A program made the translations under genes and the position numbers. Positions 18,789 through 28,035 of a stretch of 64,000 nucleotides of DNA are shown here, piece by piece. The DNA is taken from the NCBI GenBank assembly GCA_964655615.1, contig CAZZPZ010000001.1, forward strand, positions 97,406 to 161,405, in the 5' to 3' direction. The notes beneath the pieces are model-generated. The model had not been told where the DNA came from, made no database searches, and saw nothing but the letters and a program-made list of their open reading frames with translations. The DNA comes from an uncultured Paludibacter sp. (GTDB taxonomy: Bacteria > Bacteroidota > Bacteroidia > Bacteroidales > Paludibacteraceae). Positions within the stretch are counted from its first letter, which is position 1; the number at the start of each line of letters is the position of its first letter.

Positions 18789-20345
18789 ATGAAAAAAAAT
18801 ATATTTATCATATCGGCTCTAATAATAGCCACGTTCAGTTCAATTTCACAAACTGATTTTGATGGAATTAGATTGTTAAATAATGATATTTCGGGTACAG
18901 CAAGATATACTGCGATGGCAGGTGCTTTCAGTGCATTGGGTGGTGATGTATCATCAATAAAAGATAATCCTGCAGCCTTAGGTATATTTAGAAAATCTGA
19001 ATTTACGACAACTTTAAACCCTGGACTCACAAGCACAGTTTCTACTTGGAATGGCATGTATGGATATGACGACAAATACAAAATGAATTTCAATCAACTG
19101 GGACTAGTGTTAACACGTACTACTAACAAAGCCAAAAAAGGTAGTAATGAAGGTTTATTAATGTCTAATTGGTCTTTTAATTATAATAGATTGAAAAATT
19201 TTAGCCGTTCAACCCGAATCAACAGTAATCTAACAAATTCATCTTTCACGGATTTTGCTGCTGCATTTACAGGCAGCCACAGTGGATATTATGTTTATGA
19301 TGATGTTGATTATGAGCCTTTTGACAACACGAGTATACCTTGGATTTCAGTTATGGCTGCTTACGGTGACTTAATTGTGGAAAACTTTAATTCAGACAGC
19401 TCTTCATATTGGACATCTGTTTTAAATGAAGGTGAGAAAGTTCAACCGAGTTATGCTTTGAATGAAAGTGGATATTTAGATGAATATTCATTGAGTTGGG
19501 CTGGAAATTTCAACAATAGATTTTTCTTTGGTGCTTCACTCATTATTCTCAAATACATGTACAACGCAGATATGTATTATGGTGAAGCATTTCAGAATAT
19601 AGGCAATTTTAATTGGTCAAATTCTTTATCCACATCTGGTTCTGGAGTTGGGTTAAAATTAGGTGCTATTTACGCTCCTTTGGACTTTTTAAGATTGGGT
19701 GCATCTCTACAGGCTCCTACCCTATTGACCATGGAGGATACAAATCAATCTGAACTATCTTTTGATATTTTTGGAACTGGAAGCATAAAATCACCCTATG
19801 GATACAGTAATTATAAGTTTCAATCACCAATAAAAACCAATATCAGTGCTGCTTTTATTATCGGTAAAATAGCACTCGTAGACCTTGAATATGATTACAC
19901 CATGGCTTCCAATAGTAGAATTTTAAATTTAGATAACAGCACCTTGTTTTTAGATGATGTGAATGATGGTTTCCGTAATAATTTCAATGAAATAGGTACT
20001 TTGAAAATAGGTGCTGAATTTAAAGTAAATGACAAAGTTGCAATTCGTGGAGGATATGCTAAAACAAATGCTATAAATAAAAGCAATGTAGCTAAAGTGT
20101 TAATGGATAATACTGTAAGAACAGATGCTGATTATTATCTTCACAATAGTACTGCATATTTGACAGGTGGAATTGGATATAGGGAATCAAATTGGTTTTT
20201 AGATTTTGCTATAACCAACAAAGAAATTGATGAGTATTTTTATCCCTATAACTCTTCTATGCTATCCAACACCTATCAAGCAAGCAGGGGAAAACTGTTA
20301 ACTAATCAAAAGAATCTACTAATAACTTTAGGGTTTAAATTATAG
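18789..20345 (+). CDS. OmpP1/FadL-like outer-membrane beta-barrel (Bacteroidota 'hemin receptor' type)
   Basis: Signal peptide, GTARYTAMAGAFSALGGDVSSIKDNPAALG hatch-domain motif, alternating beta-strand pattern and a C-terminal LITLGFKL. Confidence 0.8.
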   Translation: MKKNIFIISALIIATFSSISQTDFDGIRLLNNDISGTARYTAMAGAFSALGGDVSSIKDNPAALGIFRKSEFTTTLNPGLTSTVSTWNGMYGYDDKYKMNFNQLGLVLTRTTNKAKKGSNEGLLMSNWSFNYNRLKNFSRSTRINSNLTNSSFTDFAAAFTGSHSGYYVYDDVDYEPFDNTSIPWISVMAAYGDLIVENFNSDSSSYWTSVLNEGEKVQPSYALNESGYLDEYSLSWAGNFNNRFFFGASLIILKYMYNADMYYGEAFQNIGNFNWSNSLSTSGSGVGLKLGAIYAPLDFLRLGASLQAPTLLTMEDTNQSELSFDIFGTGSIKSPYGYSNYKFQSPIKTNISAAFIIGKIALVDLEYDYTMASNSRILNLDNSTLFLDDVNDGFRNNFNEIGTLKIGAEFKVNDKVAIRGGYAKTNAINKSNVAKVLMDNTVRTDADYYLHNSTAYLTGGIGYRESNWFLDFAITNKEIDEYFYPYNSSMLSNTYQASRGKLLTNQKNLLITLGFKL

Positions 20346-20347
20346 TT

Positions 20348-20388
20348 AACAAAAACTGCCTTTAGATTATCTAGAGGCAGTTTTTGTT
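20348..20388. terminator. Bidirectional intrinsic terminator
   Basis: AACAAAAACTGCCT / AGGCAGTTTTTGTT inverted repeat between convergent genes. Confidence 0.85.
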
Positions 20389-21161
20389 TGTTCATTATAA
20401 ATCCGAGTGCTTAAGAGTTTGTAAATTTCTTGTAAATCTGGATGTTCATTCAAAATACTCAAATGAGTTTTTATTATGGTTTGATCATTTCGTTTTGCTG
20501 GACCAGTTTGTGCTTCGGTAGGTTTTAAAAATTTAATTTTATCTGCAGTTTCTAGAATCAATGGTTTTAAATAATTAAAATCTATTCCAACATTATCCAA
20601 TAAATCTGAAGCTATTGAATAGAAGTGATTGACAAAATTACATGCAAATACAGCACTTATATGTAAATTCAATCTTTTCTGAGAGTCAGCAAAATTGACT
20701 TGATCAGATATTTTATCAGAAATGTATTTAATTATTTCCAATGTTTCGTTGTTAGAGGCTTCTATAAAAAACGGAACCTTGGATTTGAAATCTATTTCTT
20801 TGTTTATTGATAATGTTTGTAAAGGATAAATGACTCCAAAATACTTTTTTGTATTTAAGAATAAATTCATGTCCAAACTTCCTGATGTATGAATATGAAG
20901 TGCATGTGGAGCAATAGCCTGATTGGCAATTTCAACTAAACTATCATCAGAAATGCAGTATAAATATACATCAGCATCAGTACGAACATTTTCTAAGGAT
21001 ATTGTATACTCTATACTAAAGGACTCAGCTAATTTTTTAGTGTTATCCAAAGTTCTACCCACCAATTGAATAATCTCAAATTCATTATCGATCAATGCTC
21101 TTGTGAAATGATATGACACATTTCCAGTACCAAAAACGACAAATTTCAAGGATCTATTCAT
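20367..21161 (-). CDS. Rossmann-like and DUF2520 domain oxidoreductase
   Basis: FVVFGTGNV Rossmann motif, IHTSGS, YPLQT, HISAVFACNFVNH and AQTGPAKRND. Confidence 0.88.
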   Translation of the reverse strand: MNRSLKFVVFGTGNVSYHFTRALIDNEFEIIQLVGRTLDNTKKLAESFSIEYTISLENVRTDADVYLYCISDDSLVEIANQAIAPHALHIHTSGSLDMNLFLNTKKYFGVIYPLQTLSINKEIDFKSKVPFFIEASNNETLEIIKYISDKISDQVNFADSQKRLNLHISAVFACNFVNHFYSIASDLLDNVGIDFNYLKPLILETADKIKFLKPTEAQTGPAKRNDQTIIKTHLSILNEHPDLQEIYKLLSTRIYNEQTKTASR

Positions 21162-22147
21162 GATTTTTCAATCTGAGTTTCTTTGTTGATATTCAACTTC
21201 TTTAGTCGCTTTTCTTCCCTTTTCTCGTAGGCTTCAACAATTCTTTGTACTAATTTATGCCGAACAATATCTTTGTTGTTGAACATAACCTTGGATATTC
21301 CACTTACATCTTTTAATACTTCCATAGAATCAATTAGGCCTGATTTCTGAGATAATGGAAGATCAATTTGTGTTATATCGCCTGTGATTATCATTTTGGT
21401 ATTTAAGCCCATACGGGTTAAAAACATTTTAATTTGTTGTGTAGTCGTATTTTGAGCTTCATCAAGAATCACTACGGCATCACTCAAGGTTCTACCGCGC
21501 ATAAAAGCTAAAGGTGCAATCTGAATTGTTCCATTTTCCAAGTATTCTTTAAGCTTCAAGGGGGTAATCATATCTTGCAATGCGTCATAAAGTGGTTGCA
21601 GATAAGGATCTATCTTTTCCTTCATATCGCCTGGCAAGAAACCAAGTTTCTCTCCTGCCTCTACTGCAGGTCGACTAAGAATGATTTTTTTAATAGATTT
21701 GTTTTTGAGTGATTTAACAGCTAAAGCAATCGCTGTATATGTTTTACCTGATCCAGCAGGTCCAATTGCAAATAACATGTCATTCGATTCAAAATCTTTG
21801 ACTAATTTTTGTTGGTTTGCAGTGCGTGCCATTATGGATTTTCCATTTACTCCATGCAAAATCAAATGATCATATTTGATTTCATTAGGCTCTTGCCCTT
21901 TAGTTAACTGAATAATGTCATCTTCAGTTAATCGATTATTTTCTATACAATATTTCTCAATCTTTTGTAAGGCTAGATTCAATTTGGATGCATTCTCCTC
22001 ATCACCTTCGATTTTTATTGTATGACCTCGAGCAATTATTCTAAGATTAGGGAATAAATTCTTGAGTAAATGAATATTGTGATTATTTACTCCAAAAAAC
22101 ACCAAGGTATCTGTATGTTCAGATAATTCGAAAAAGTGTTCCATCAT
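21158..22147 (-). CDS. phoH: PhoH family ATPase
   Basis: GPAGSGKT, RPAVEAGEKLGFLPGD, PYLQPLYD, RGRTL, DEAQN and GDITQIDL motifs. Confidence 0.95.
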   Translation of the reverse strand: MMEHFFELSEHTDTLVFFGVNNHNIHLLKNLFPNLRIIARGHTIKIEGDEENASKLNLALQKIEKYCIENNRLTEDDIIQLTKGQEPNEIKYDHLILHGVNGKSIMARTANQQKLVKDFESNDMLFAIGPAGSGKTYTAIALAVKSLKNKSIKKIILSRPAVEAGEKLGFLPGDMKEKIDPYLQPLYDALQDMITPLKLKEYLENGTIQIAPLAFMRGRTLSDAVVILDEAQNTTTQQIKMFLTRMGLNTKMIITGDITQIDLPLSQKSGLIDSMEVLKDVSGISKVMFNNKDIVRHKLVQRIVEAYEKREEKRLKKLNINKETQIEKS

Positions 22148-22158
22148 AGGCTAGATAT

Positions 22159-22193
22159 AAAAAACAGAGATCCCAAAAGGAATCCCTGTTTTT
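22159..22193 (-). terminator. Intrinsic terminator-like hairpin after glyA
   Basis: AAAAACAG...CTGTTTTT arms with an imperfect inner stem and a U-tract on the minus strand. Confidence 0.6.
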
Positions 22194-22206
22194 ATGTATT
22201 TTATTA

Positions 22207-23487
22207 TTAATATGCAAACAATGGGTATTTTGCCATGGTTGCATTTACATTTGCACGAACTGATGAAATTACTTCTTCATTATCTACATTTGAAAGTACT
22301 GTTTCAATCATTTCTGCAATTTCAACCATCAGATCTTCTTTAGCTCCACGTGAAGTGATAGCAGGTGTACCTAAACGGATGCCTGAAGTTTGGAATGCTG
22401 AACGTGAATCAAATGGTACCATGTTCTTATTGCATGTGATATCAGCTTCTACCAATGCTTTTTCTGCAACTTTACCAGTCAAATCTGGATATTTTGCACG
22501 TAAGTCAACCAACATTGAATGATTATCTGTTCCACCGGAAATAATTGTGAACCCTCTAGCAATTAAAGATTCAGCTAATTTCTTTGCATTTTTCTGAACT
22601 TGTACTTGATATTCTTTGTATTCAGGTTGAAGACATTCTCCAAAAGCAACAGCCTTAGCTGCAATAACATGCTCAAGTGGACCACCTTGAATACCAGGGA
22701 AAACTGCAGAGTCCAACAAGGCTGACATCATTTTCACTTCGCCTTTAGGAGTTGTTTTACCCCATGGATTTGGAAAATCTTTACCAAGTAAAATGATTCC
22801 ACCACGGGGGCCTCTTAATGTTTTGTGTGTAGTAGAAGTTACAACATGAGCATATTTTACAGGGTTTTCCAACAAGCCTGCAGCAATCAATCCAGCAGGG
22901 TGAGCCATATCAATCATAAGTATTGCTCCAATTTTATCAGCGATCTCGCGCATTCTTTTATAATCCCATTCTCTTGAATAAGCAGATCCACCACCTACAA
23001 TCAATTTAGGGCGTTCACGTAATGCAACTTCCTCCATTTGATCATAATCAACACGACCTGTATCTTCTTTTACATTGTATTCGCAGGGTGAATATAGAAT
23101 ACCTGAACTATTTACTGGTGAACCATGTGACAAGTGTCCACCATGAGCCAAATTCAAACCTAAAAATTTATCACCTGGTTCCAAACAAGCTAAAAATACT
23201 GCAGCATTTGCTTGAGCACCTGAGTGTGGTTGAACATTAGCCCATTCTGCACCGAATACTTCTTTGATACGATCTATCGCAATTTGTTCGCTTTGGTCAA
23301 CTACTTCACAACCACCATAATATCTTTTTCCAGGATAACCTTCAGCATATTTGTTGGTTAGAACAGATCCCATTGCCTCCATAACTTGATCACTTACAAA
23401 GTTTTCAGATGCAATCAATTCGATACCTTTCATCTGTCGCTCTTTTTCAAGCTTGATGATCTTAAAAATAACTTCGTCTCTTTTCAT
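22207..23487 (-). CDS. glyA: Serine hydroxymethyltransferase
   Basis: [30 protein letters not shown], the [15 protein letters not shown]-lysine motif and SGIRLGTPA. Confidence 0.99.
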   Translation of the reverse strand: MKRDEVIFKIIKLEKERQMKGIELIASENFVSDQVMEAMGSVLTNKYAEGYPGKRYYGGCEVVDQSEQIAIDRIKEVFGAEWANVQPHSGAQANAAVFLACLEPGDKFLGLNLAHGGHLSHGSPVNSSGILYSPCEYNVKEDTGRVDYDQMEEVALRERPKLIVGGGSAYSREWDYKRMREIADKIGAILMIDMAHPAGLIAAGLLENPVKYAHVVTSTTHKTLRGPRGGIILLGKDFPNPWGKTTPKGEVKMMSALLDSAVFPGIQGGPLEHVIAAKAVAFGECLQPEYKEYQVQVQKNAKKLAESLIARGFTIISGGTDNHSMLVDLRAKYPDLTGKVAEKALVEADITCNKNMVPFDSRSAFQTSGIRLGTPAITSRGAKEDLMVEIAEMIETVLSNVDNEEVISSVRANVNATMAKYPLFAY

Positions 23488-23512
23488 TTTTCTTATTTGA
23501 ATTTTTATATTT

Positions 23513-23980
23513 TTATTTTGATTTCACTAAATTAACCTCATTTTGATTTATTTCTCTTTCACAGTATCTACATTTTAATCTGTAAGTTTCATCCTCTATC
23601 AAAACGCTGAATTTAGTAGTAACTGGTTGGTGATTTGTTATACAATTTGGATTGTTACATGATACAATTTCAGTTACTTCTTCGGGTAATTGTAAAATTC
23701 TTTTCTCAACTACTACATATTCACGAACAATGTTCACTTTCACACTTGGTGCCAACAATGCAATTTTATTTGCTTCGTTTTCTTCCAAAATCTTATCTGA
23801 AATTTTTATTATACCCTTGGATGAAATTTTCTTACTTTCGAAATTATTTCCAATAGTCAATTGATGTGAAGAATGCTTTAAATGCAATATAGATACTACT
23901 GAAAATAATTTGTCTGCTGGAATATGATCGATAACAGTACCATTGCGCAATGCAGCAACTTTTAATTCTTTCTCTCCCAT
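23513..23980 (-). CDS. pyrI: Aspartate carbamoyltransferase regulatory chain
   Basis: [14 protein letters not shown] and zinc ligands CNNPNC...CRYC. Confidence 0.97.
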   Translation of the reverse strand: MGEKELKVAALRNGTVIDHIPADKLFSVVSILHLKHSSHQLTIGNNFESKKISSKGIIKISDKILEENEANKIALLAPSVKVNIVREYVVVEKRILQLPEEVTEIVSCNNPNCITNHQPVTTKFSVLIEDETYRLKCRYCEREINQNEVNLVKSK

Positions 23981-23985
23981 TCTAA

Positions 23986-24894
23986 TTAAATTAAATTCAA
24001 CACTTTAGACATAATTGCTTGTCTCACATATAGCCCATTTTGTGCTTGATTAAAATAATAGGCTTGAGGACTATCATCAACATCCACATTTATTTCATTT
24101 ACCCTTGGAAGAGGATGTAATATTTTGAGATTTTGTTTTACATTAGCAAGCATTTCTCTTTTAAGCGTATATACATTTTTTACCCTCTCATATTCCATCA
24201 GATCTTGAAATCTTTCTTTCTGTACTCTAGTCATATAAAGAATGTCAGAATCATTGAAATTGTCCGTTAGTACATCTGTTTCAGAATATTCAATATTATT
24301 CTTACGGCAAAATAATTTATATTCTTCAGGCATTTTCAATTCATCAGGAGCTATGAACTTAAATTTAGGTTTAAAATGTGACATTGCCATCAATAATGAA
24401 TGAACAGTTCTACCATATTTCAAATCCCCTACCATACAGATGGTAAGATTCTCCAAACTTCCTTGGGTTTTTAAGATAGAATATAAATCCAGAAGTGTTT
24501 GTGAAGGATGTTGATTTGCTCCATCCCCTGCGTTTACTATTGGCACAGGAGAAATTTCAGAAGCATATCTTGCAGCCCCTTCCAGTGGATGTCGCATTAC
24601 AATGGCATCTGCATAACAACTAACCATTTTAATCGTATCATTTAAAGTTTCCCCCTTGGCTGAACTTGATGTTGCAGCATCAGAAAAACCAATGATAGAC
24701 CCACCTAATCTAATTACAGCAGTTTCAAAACTGAGTCTGGTTCTTGTTGATGGTTCAAAAAATAATGTGGCAATTACTTTTCCACTTAAAGTTTGACGGT
24801 TTGGATTGGATTCAAAATCAGCAGCTGAACCAAGCAATGCTAGAATTTCATCTTTATTGTAATCAGTAATAGAAACCAGGCTGTTTTTTTTCAT
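23986..24894 (-). CDS. pyrB: Aspartate carbamoyltransferase catalytic chain
   Basis: [40 protein letters not shown] and HPLPRVNEI. Start moved from 24909 to ATG 24894. Confidence 0.98.
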   Translation of the reverse strand: MKKNSLVSITDYNKDEILALLGSAADFESNPNRQTLSGKVIATLFFEPSTRTRLSFETAVIRLGGSIIGFSDAATSSSAKGETLNDTIKMVSCYADAIVMRHPLEGAARYASEISPVPIVNAGDGANQHPSQTLLDLYSILKTQGSLENLTICMVGDLKYGRTVHSLLMAMSHFKPKFKFIAPDELKMPEEYKLFCRKNNIEYSETDVLTDNFNDSDILYMTRVQKERFQDLMEYERVKNVYTLKREMLANVKQNLKILHPLPRVNEINVDVDDSPQAYYFNQAQNGLYVRQAIMSKVLNLI

Positions 24895-24971
24895 TTTATT
24901 AGAGTACAAAAAAAGCCAATATAAACCTTACGATCTATTTTGGCTTTGGTTATATACTGATATATTAACAT
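24891..24971 (-). CDS. Putative pyrBI leader peptide (26 aa, [26 protein letters not shown])
   Basis: Read codon by codon from ATG 24971 to TGA 24893-24891. The stop overlaps the pyrB ATG (ATGA) and the ORF crosses the leader terminator. Too short for the ORF track; translation unproven. Confidence 0.45.
   Translation of the reverse strand: MLIYQYITKAKIDRKVYIGFFCTLIK
24908..24947 (-). terminator. Terminator hairpin in the pyrB leader (candidate attenuator)
   Basis: Minus strand AAAGCCAA-A-ATAGA-TC-GTAA-GG-TTTAT-A-TTGGCTTT-TTTT: a stem capped by a GNRA loop with a 7-U tract. Confidence 0.7.
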
Positions 24972-25038
24972 CTAACTATCTAATATAAAGCTACTTAATT
25001 TAACAATTAAAATACGAGATTTGATTTAAAACTCTTTA

Positions 25039-25046
25039 CAAAGATA
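25039..25046 (-). promoter_or_regulatory. -7 promoter box (TATCTTTG) for pyrBI-glyA
   Basis: Plus-strand CAAAGATA, about 145 nt upstream of the pyrB ATG and upstream of the leader terminator. Confidence 0.7.
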
Positions 25047-25058
25047 ATTCATTTTTTT

Positions 25059-25676
25059 CTAAAATACGTTTTCTTTAATAGAAAATGTCAAATTATCGAT
25101 ATTTTTTAATTTATCAATAAAGAATTCCAGGCTTGAAAGTCCAATTTCTAATTCAAATTCGCAATTTAGATCAAAACTCTGATTTATAATTTTAATATTT
25201 AATTCCTTAATTAATTTCATCAGATTGTTCAATTCTGCAAAATCTATATTAACATTTATAAATTGAGTTACTTGTTTTGTAAGGACAACAGAATTTTGAA
25301 TAGCATTCAAACTGGCTTCTTTGTATGCTGTAATTAATCCACCCGTACCTAGCAATACACCACCGAAATAACGAACTACTATGATAAGGCAATTTGTGAT
25401 ATTGGCAGATAAAATTTGACCAAATATCGGCTTACCTGCAGTTCCTGATGGCTCTCCGTCATCATAATACCGATGTAATTCCCTGTTTGGACCAACTGAA
25501 TAGGCATAACAAACATGTCTTGCATCAAAGTAATTCTTCTTATGTTGATCAATTATTGACTTTGCTTCATCCACAGAAATTATCGGGTATGCAAATGAAA
25601 TAAATTTACTACCTTTTTCCTTATATAGTCCTTCTGATGGATTTGACAATGTTTGATATTCAGTTTTTATATTCAT
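25059..25676 (-). CDS. yigZ: YigZ / IMPACT family protein
   Basis: YKEKGSKFISFAYP, DARHVCYAY, DDGEPSGTAG and VVRYFGGVLLGTGGL motifs. Confidence 0.94.
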   Translation of the reverse strand: MNIKTEYQTLSNPSEGLYKEKGSKFISFAYPIISVDEAKSIIDQHKKNYFDARHVCYAYSVGPNRELHRYYDDGEPSGTAGKPIFGQILSANITNCLIIVVRYFGGVLLGTGGLITAYKEASLNAIQNSVVLTKQVTQFINVNIDFAELNNLMKLIKELNIKIINQSFDLNCEFELEIGLSSLEFFIDKLKNIDNLTFSIKENVF

Positions 25677-25681
25677 AAATG

Positions 25682-25689
25682 CAAAAATA
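25682..25689 (-). promoter_or_regulatory. -7 promoter box (TATTTTTG) immediately before yigZ
   Basis: Plus-strand CAAAAATA, only 5 nt from the ATG. Confidence 0.5.
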
Positions 25690-25742
25690 ACATTAAGCTT
25701 TTTATTTATTTGCGTAACTTATTCATATTATTTTAAAATTAA

Positions 25743-25750
25743 TATATTTG
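25743..25750 (+). promoter_or_regulatory. -7 promoter box (TATATTTG) for the symporter-acyltransferase pair
   Basis: Exact TAnnTTTG ending 27 nt before ATG 25778. Confidence 0.6.
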
Positions 25751-25777
25751 TGCTATTGGAAATCTAATTTTTAAGAT

Positions 25778-26716
25778 ATGTACGAAAGCTTAGTTCAACT
25801 AGATCCTGTGAAAATTAATTTTTCAGCCTCAGGCATGCATTTAATAAATATTGTTTTAGGGTTTATTATGTTTGGAGTTGCATTGGGATTAAAACTGGAA
25901 CAATTTAAACTTCTTATAAAAAATCCAAAATCTGCTTTGTTAGGAATTATATCACAACTTATCGCACTACCACTCATTACTTTCTTATTGGTAATAGCAC
26001 TCAGCAATTATATTACACCTACTGTGGCAATGGGTATGATTTTAGTTGCATCCTGTCCAGGTGGCAATATATCTAACTTTATGTCGTCCCTATCGAAAGC
26101 CAATACTGAATTATCTATAGGCTTGACAGCTACTACAACCTTGGGTTCCACATTTTTCACTCCTTTCAATTTTGCACTTTGGGGTGGTTTGTATGTTAAC
26201 TACGTGACAAATCATGCCAAGAATGTACTTCAGCCTTTAGAAATTGACAATTTACAAATGTTTCAAACAGTATTTGTTCTTTTGGGAATTCCATTAATTC
26301 TAGGTATGTTGTTTGCTAAATTTTTTCCAAGGATTACAGAAAAGATTCAAAAACCTATTCAAAACATCTCTATTATTTTCTTTCTTGCAATGATTGTATT
26401 GGCTTTCTCAAACAATTGGAACTTATTTCTTAAATATATTCAATGGATTTTTATAATTGTACTTGTGCACAATCTATTGGCACTTAGTACTGGATATTCT
26501 ATTGCTAAACTTTTTAAACTTCCCAAAAGCGATATAAAAACCTTGACAATTGAAACAGGAATTCAGAACTCTGGCTTGGGATTGGTTTTGTTGTTTAATC
26601 CCAAAATATTTCCACCCCATTTGGAATTAGGAGGAATGTTATTCATAACAGCTTGGTGGGGCATCTGGCATATTGTATCTGGATTAAGTTTGTCCTTATA
26701 TTGGAAAAAAAGATAA
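25778..26716 (+). CDS. Bile acid:sodium symporter (BASS) family transporter
   Basis: IMFGVALGL, ASCPGGNISN and TIETGIQNSGLG motifs, multiple TM segments. Confidence 0.92.
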   Translation: MYESLVQLDPVKINFSASGMHLINIVLGFIMFGVALGLKLEQFKLLIKNPKSALLGIISQLIALPLITFLLVIALSNYITPTVAMGMILVASCPGGNISNFMSSLSKANTELSIGLTATTTLGSTFFTPFNFALWGGLYVNYVTNHAKNVLQPLEIDNLQMFQTVFVLLGIPLILGMLFAKFFPRITEKIQKPIQNISIIFFLAMIVLAFSNNWNLFLKYIQWIFIIVLVHNLLALSTGYSIAKLFKLPKSDIKTLTIETGIQNSGLGLVLLFNPKIFPPHLELGGMLFITAWWGIWHIVSGLSLSLYWKKR

Positions 26717-28035
26717 TGAATACATTGTACACAGATAATGGATTTTATAAAGCAGTAAAGAAATATATAAAATTTTGCTTTAGAACGTATTACGGTACAA
26801 TTCAAATAAATGGATTACAAAATATTCCTTCAAATAAAGCAATAATCTTTGCCCCCAACCATGTTAATGCTCTTATGGATGCATTGGCTATTGCTTACTT
26901 ACCTCCTTCAAATCTGGTAAAAGTTTTTGTAGCAAGATCAGATATTTTTAAAACTGGATTTAATCGAAAGGCATTGAAGTTTTTGAAAATAATTCCAGCT
27001 TATAGAATTAGAGATGGATATGAAAATTTATATAAAAATCAGGAATCATTTGAAACTGCAAATACTGTCTTAAAAAATAATGGTTCAATTTGTATAATGC
27101 CTGAAGGAAATCAAGGACCACAGTATAAAATCCGACCATTGGTCAAAGGAATATTCAGGATTGCCTTTAGTTCTCAATTGGAATTAATTGATTTAAAAGA
27201 AATTGTAATTATACCGGTGGGTATTGTTTATGAAGATTTATTGGATGTGAGAAAAGGAGTTATAATCAACATAGGGAAAGAAATTCCAATTTCTGATTAT
27301 GTAGATGATTATCAATCAAATCCTTCTAAAACGGTCAATGAGGTACGATTCAGACTCAAATCTGAATTAGAAAATTTGACAATAAATATTTCAGATAAAA
27401 TCGATTTCAAAAAATATGAGAAAATTGTAGAAGTCTTTCGCACCCTATTTTCTCAATTAAAATTCATGGACTTTTATGAGGAATTAAAGAAGCAAACGTA
27501 CAAATTAAATACTGAAATCTCAAATGATGATTTTGAAGATTTGTATCTGATTAGTTCCAAGATTATTTCATTAAGTAATAAGAGCGGCATCCACTACAAC
27601 TCTATATCAATCAAGGATATCCTATTGTTTGCTATACAAATACCCCTATTGATTATAGGATTTTTTACAAATTTTTTTCCATTCATTTTACCTATTTTAT
27701 TGCGTAAGAGAATGAATATAAAGGAAAAAGAATTTTGGACCTCTGTTCATTTTGTATTAGCTGCTTTTTCATTCCCACTTGTTTATTTAATTCAATCAGT
27801 AGTTATAATGCTCTCATTTGCGTTACCTTTATGGTCGATAATATTATTATTTCCCATGCAATTCATTTTGGGAAAATTGACTTGGAAGGAAATAGGACGA
27901 TTTAAAACAATTTTATACCAATTAAAAAACTACTATATTAAAACTAAAAAGCCATTAATATACAACGAATTAAGCATCCAAATTAATCAATTTAGGAAAA
28001 GAATTTCAGGATCTTTATCAAACTATAAGCTATAG
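26716..28035 (+). CDS. PlsC-family acyltransferase with C-terminal membrane region
   Basis: APNHVNALMD (HxxxxD), FVARSDIF, IPAYRIRDG and MPEGNQ...KGIFRIA. Start placed at ATG 26716, which overlaps the upstream stop (TAATG). Confidence 0.87.
   Translation: MNTLYTDNGFYKAVKKYIKFCFRTYYGTIQINGLQNIPSNKAIIFAPNHVNALMDALAIAYLPPSNLVKVFVARSDIFKTGFNRKALKFLKIIPAYRIRDGYENLYKNQESFETANTVLKNNGSICIMPEGNQGPQYKIRPLVKGIFRIAFSSQLELIDLKEIVIIPVGIVYEDLLDVRKGVIINIGKEIPISDYVDDYQSNPSKTVNEVRFRLKSELENLTINISDKIDFKKYEKIVEVFRTLFSQLKFMDFYEELKKQTYKLNTEISNDDFEDLYLISSKIISLSNKSGIHYNSISIKDILLFAIQIPLLIIGFFTNFFPFILPILLRKRMNIKEKEFWTSVHFVLAAFSFPLVYLIQSVVIMLSFALPLWSIILLFPMQFILGKLTWKEIGRFKTILYQLKNYYIKTKKPLIYNELSIQINQFRKRISGSLSNYKL

Noticed and set aside
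24895-25040. PyrR-binding RNA element in the pyrB leader
   Set aside because: No ARUCCAGAGAGG-like loop is present and no pyrR gene is in the window.
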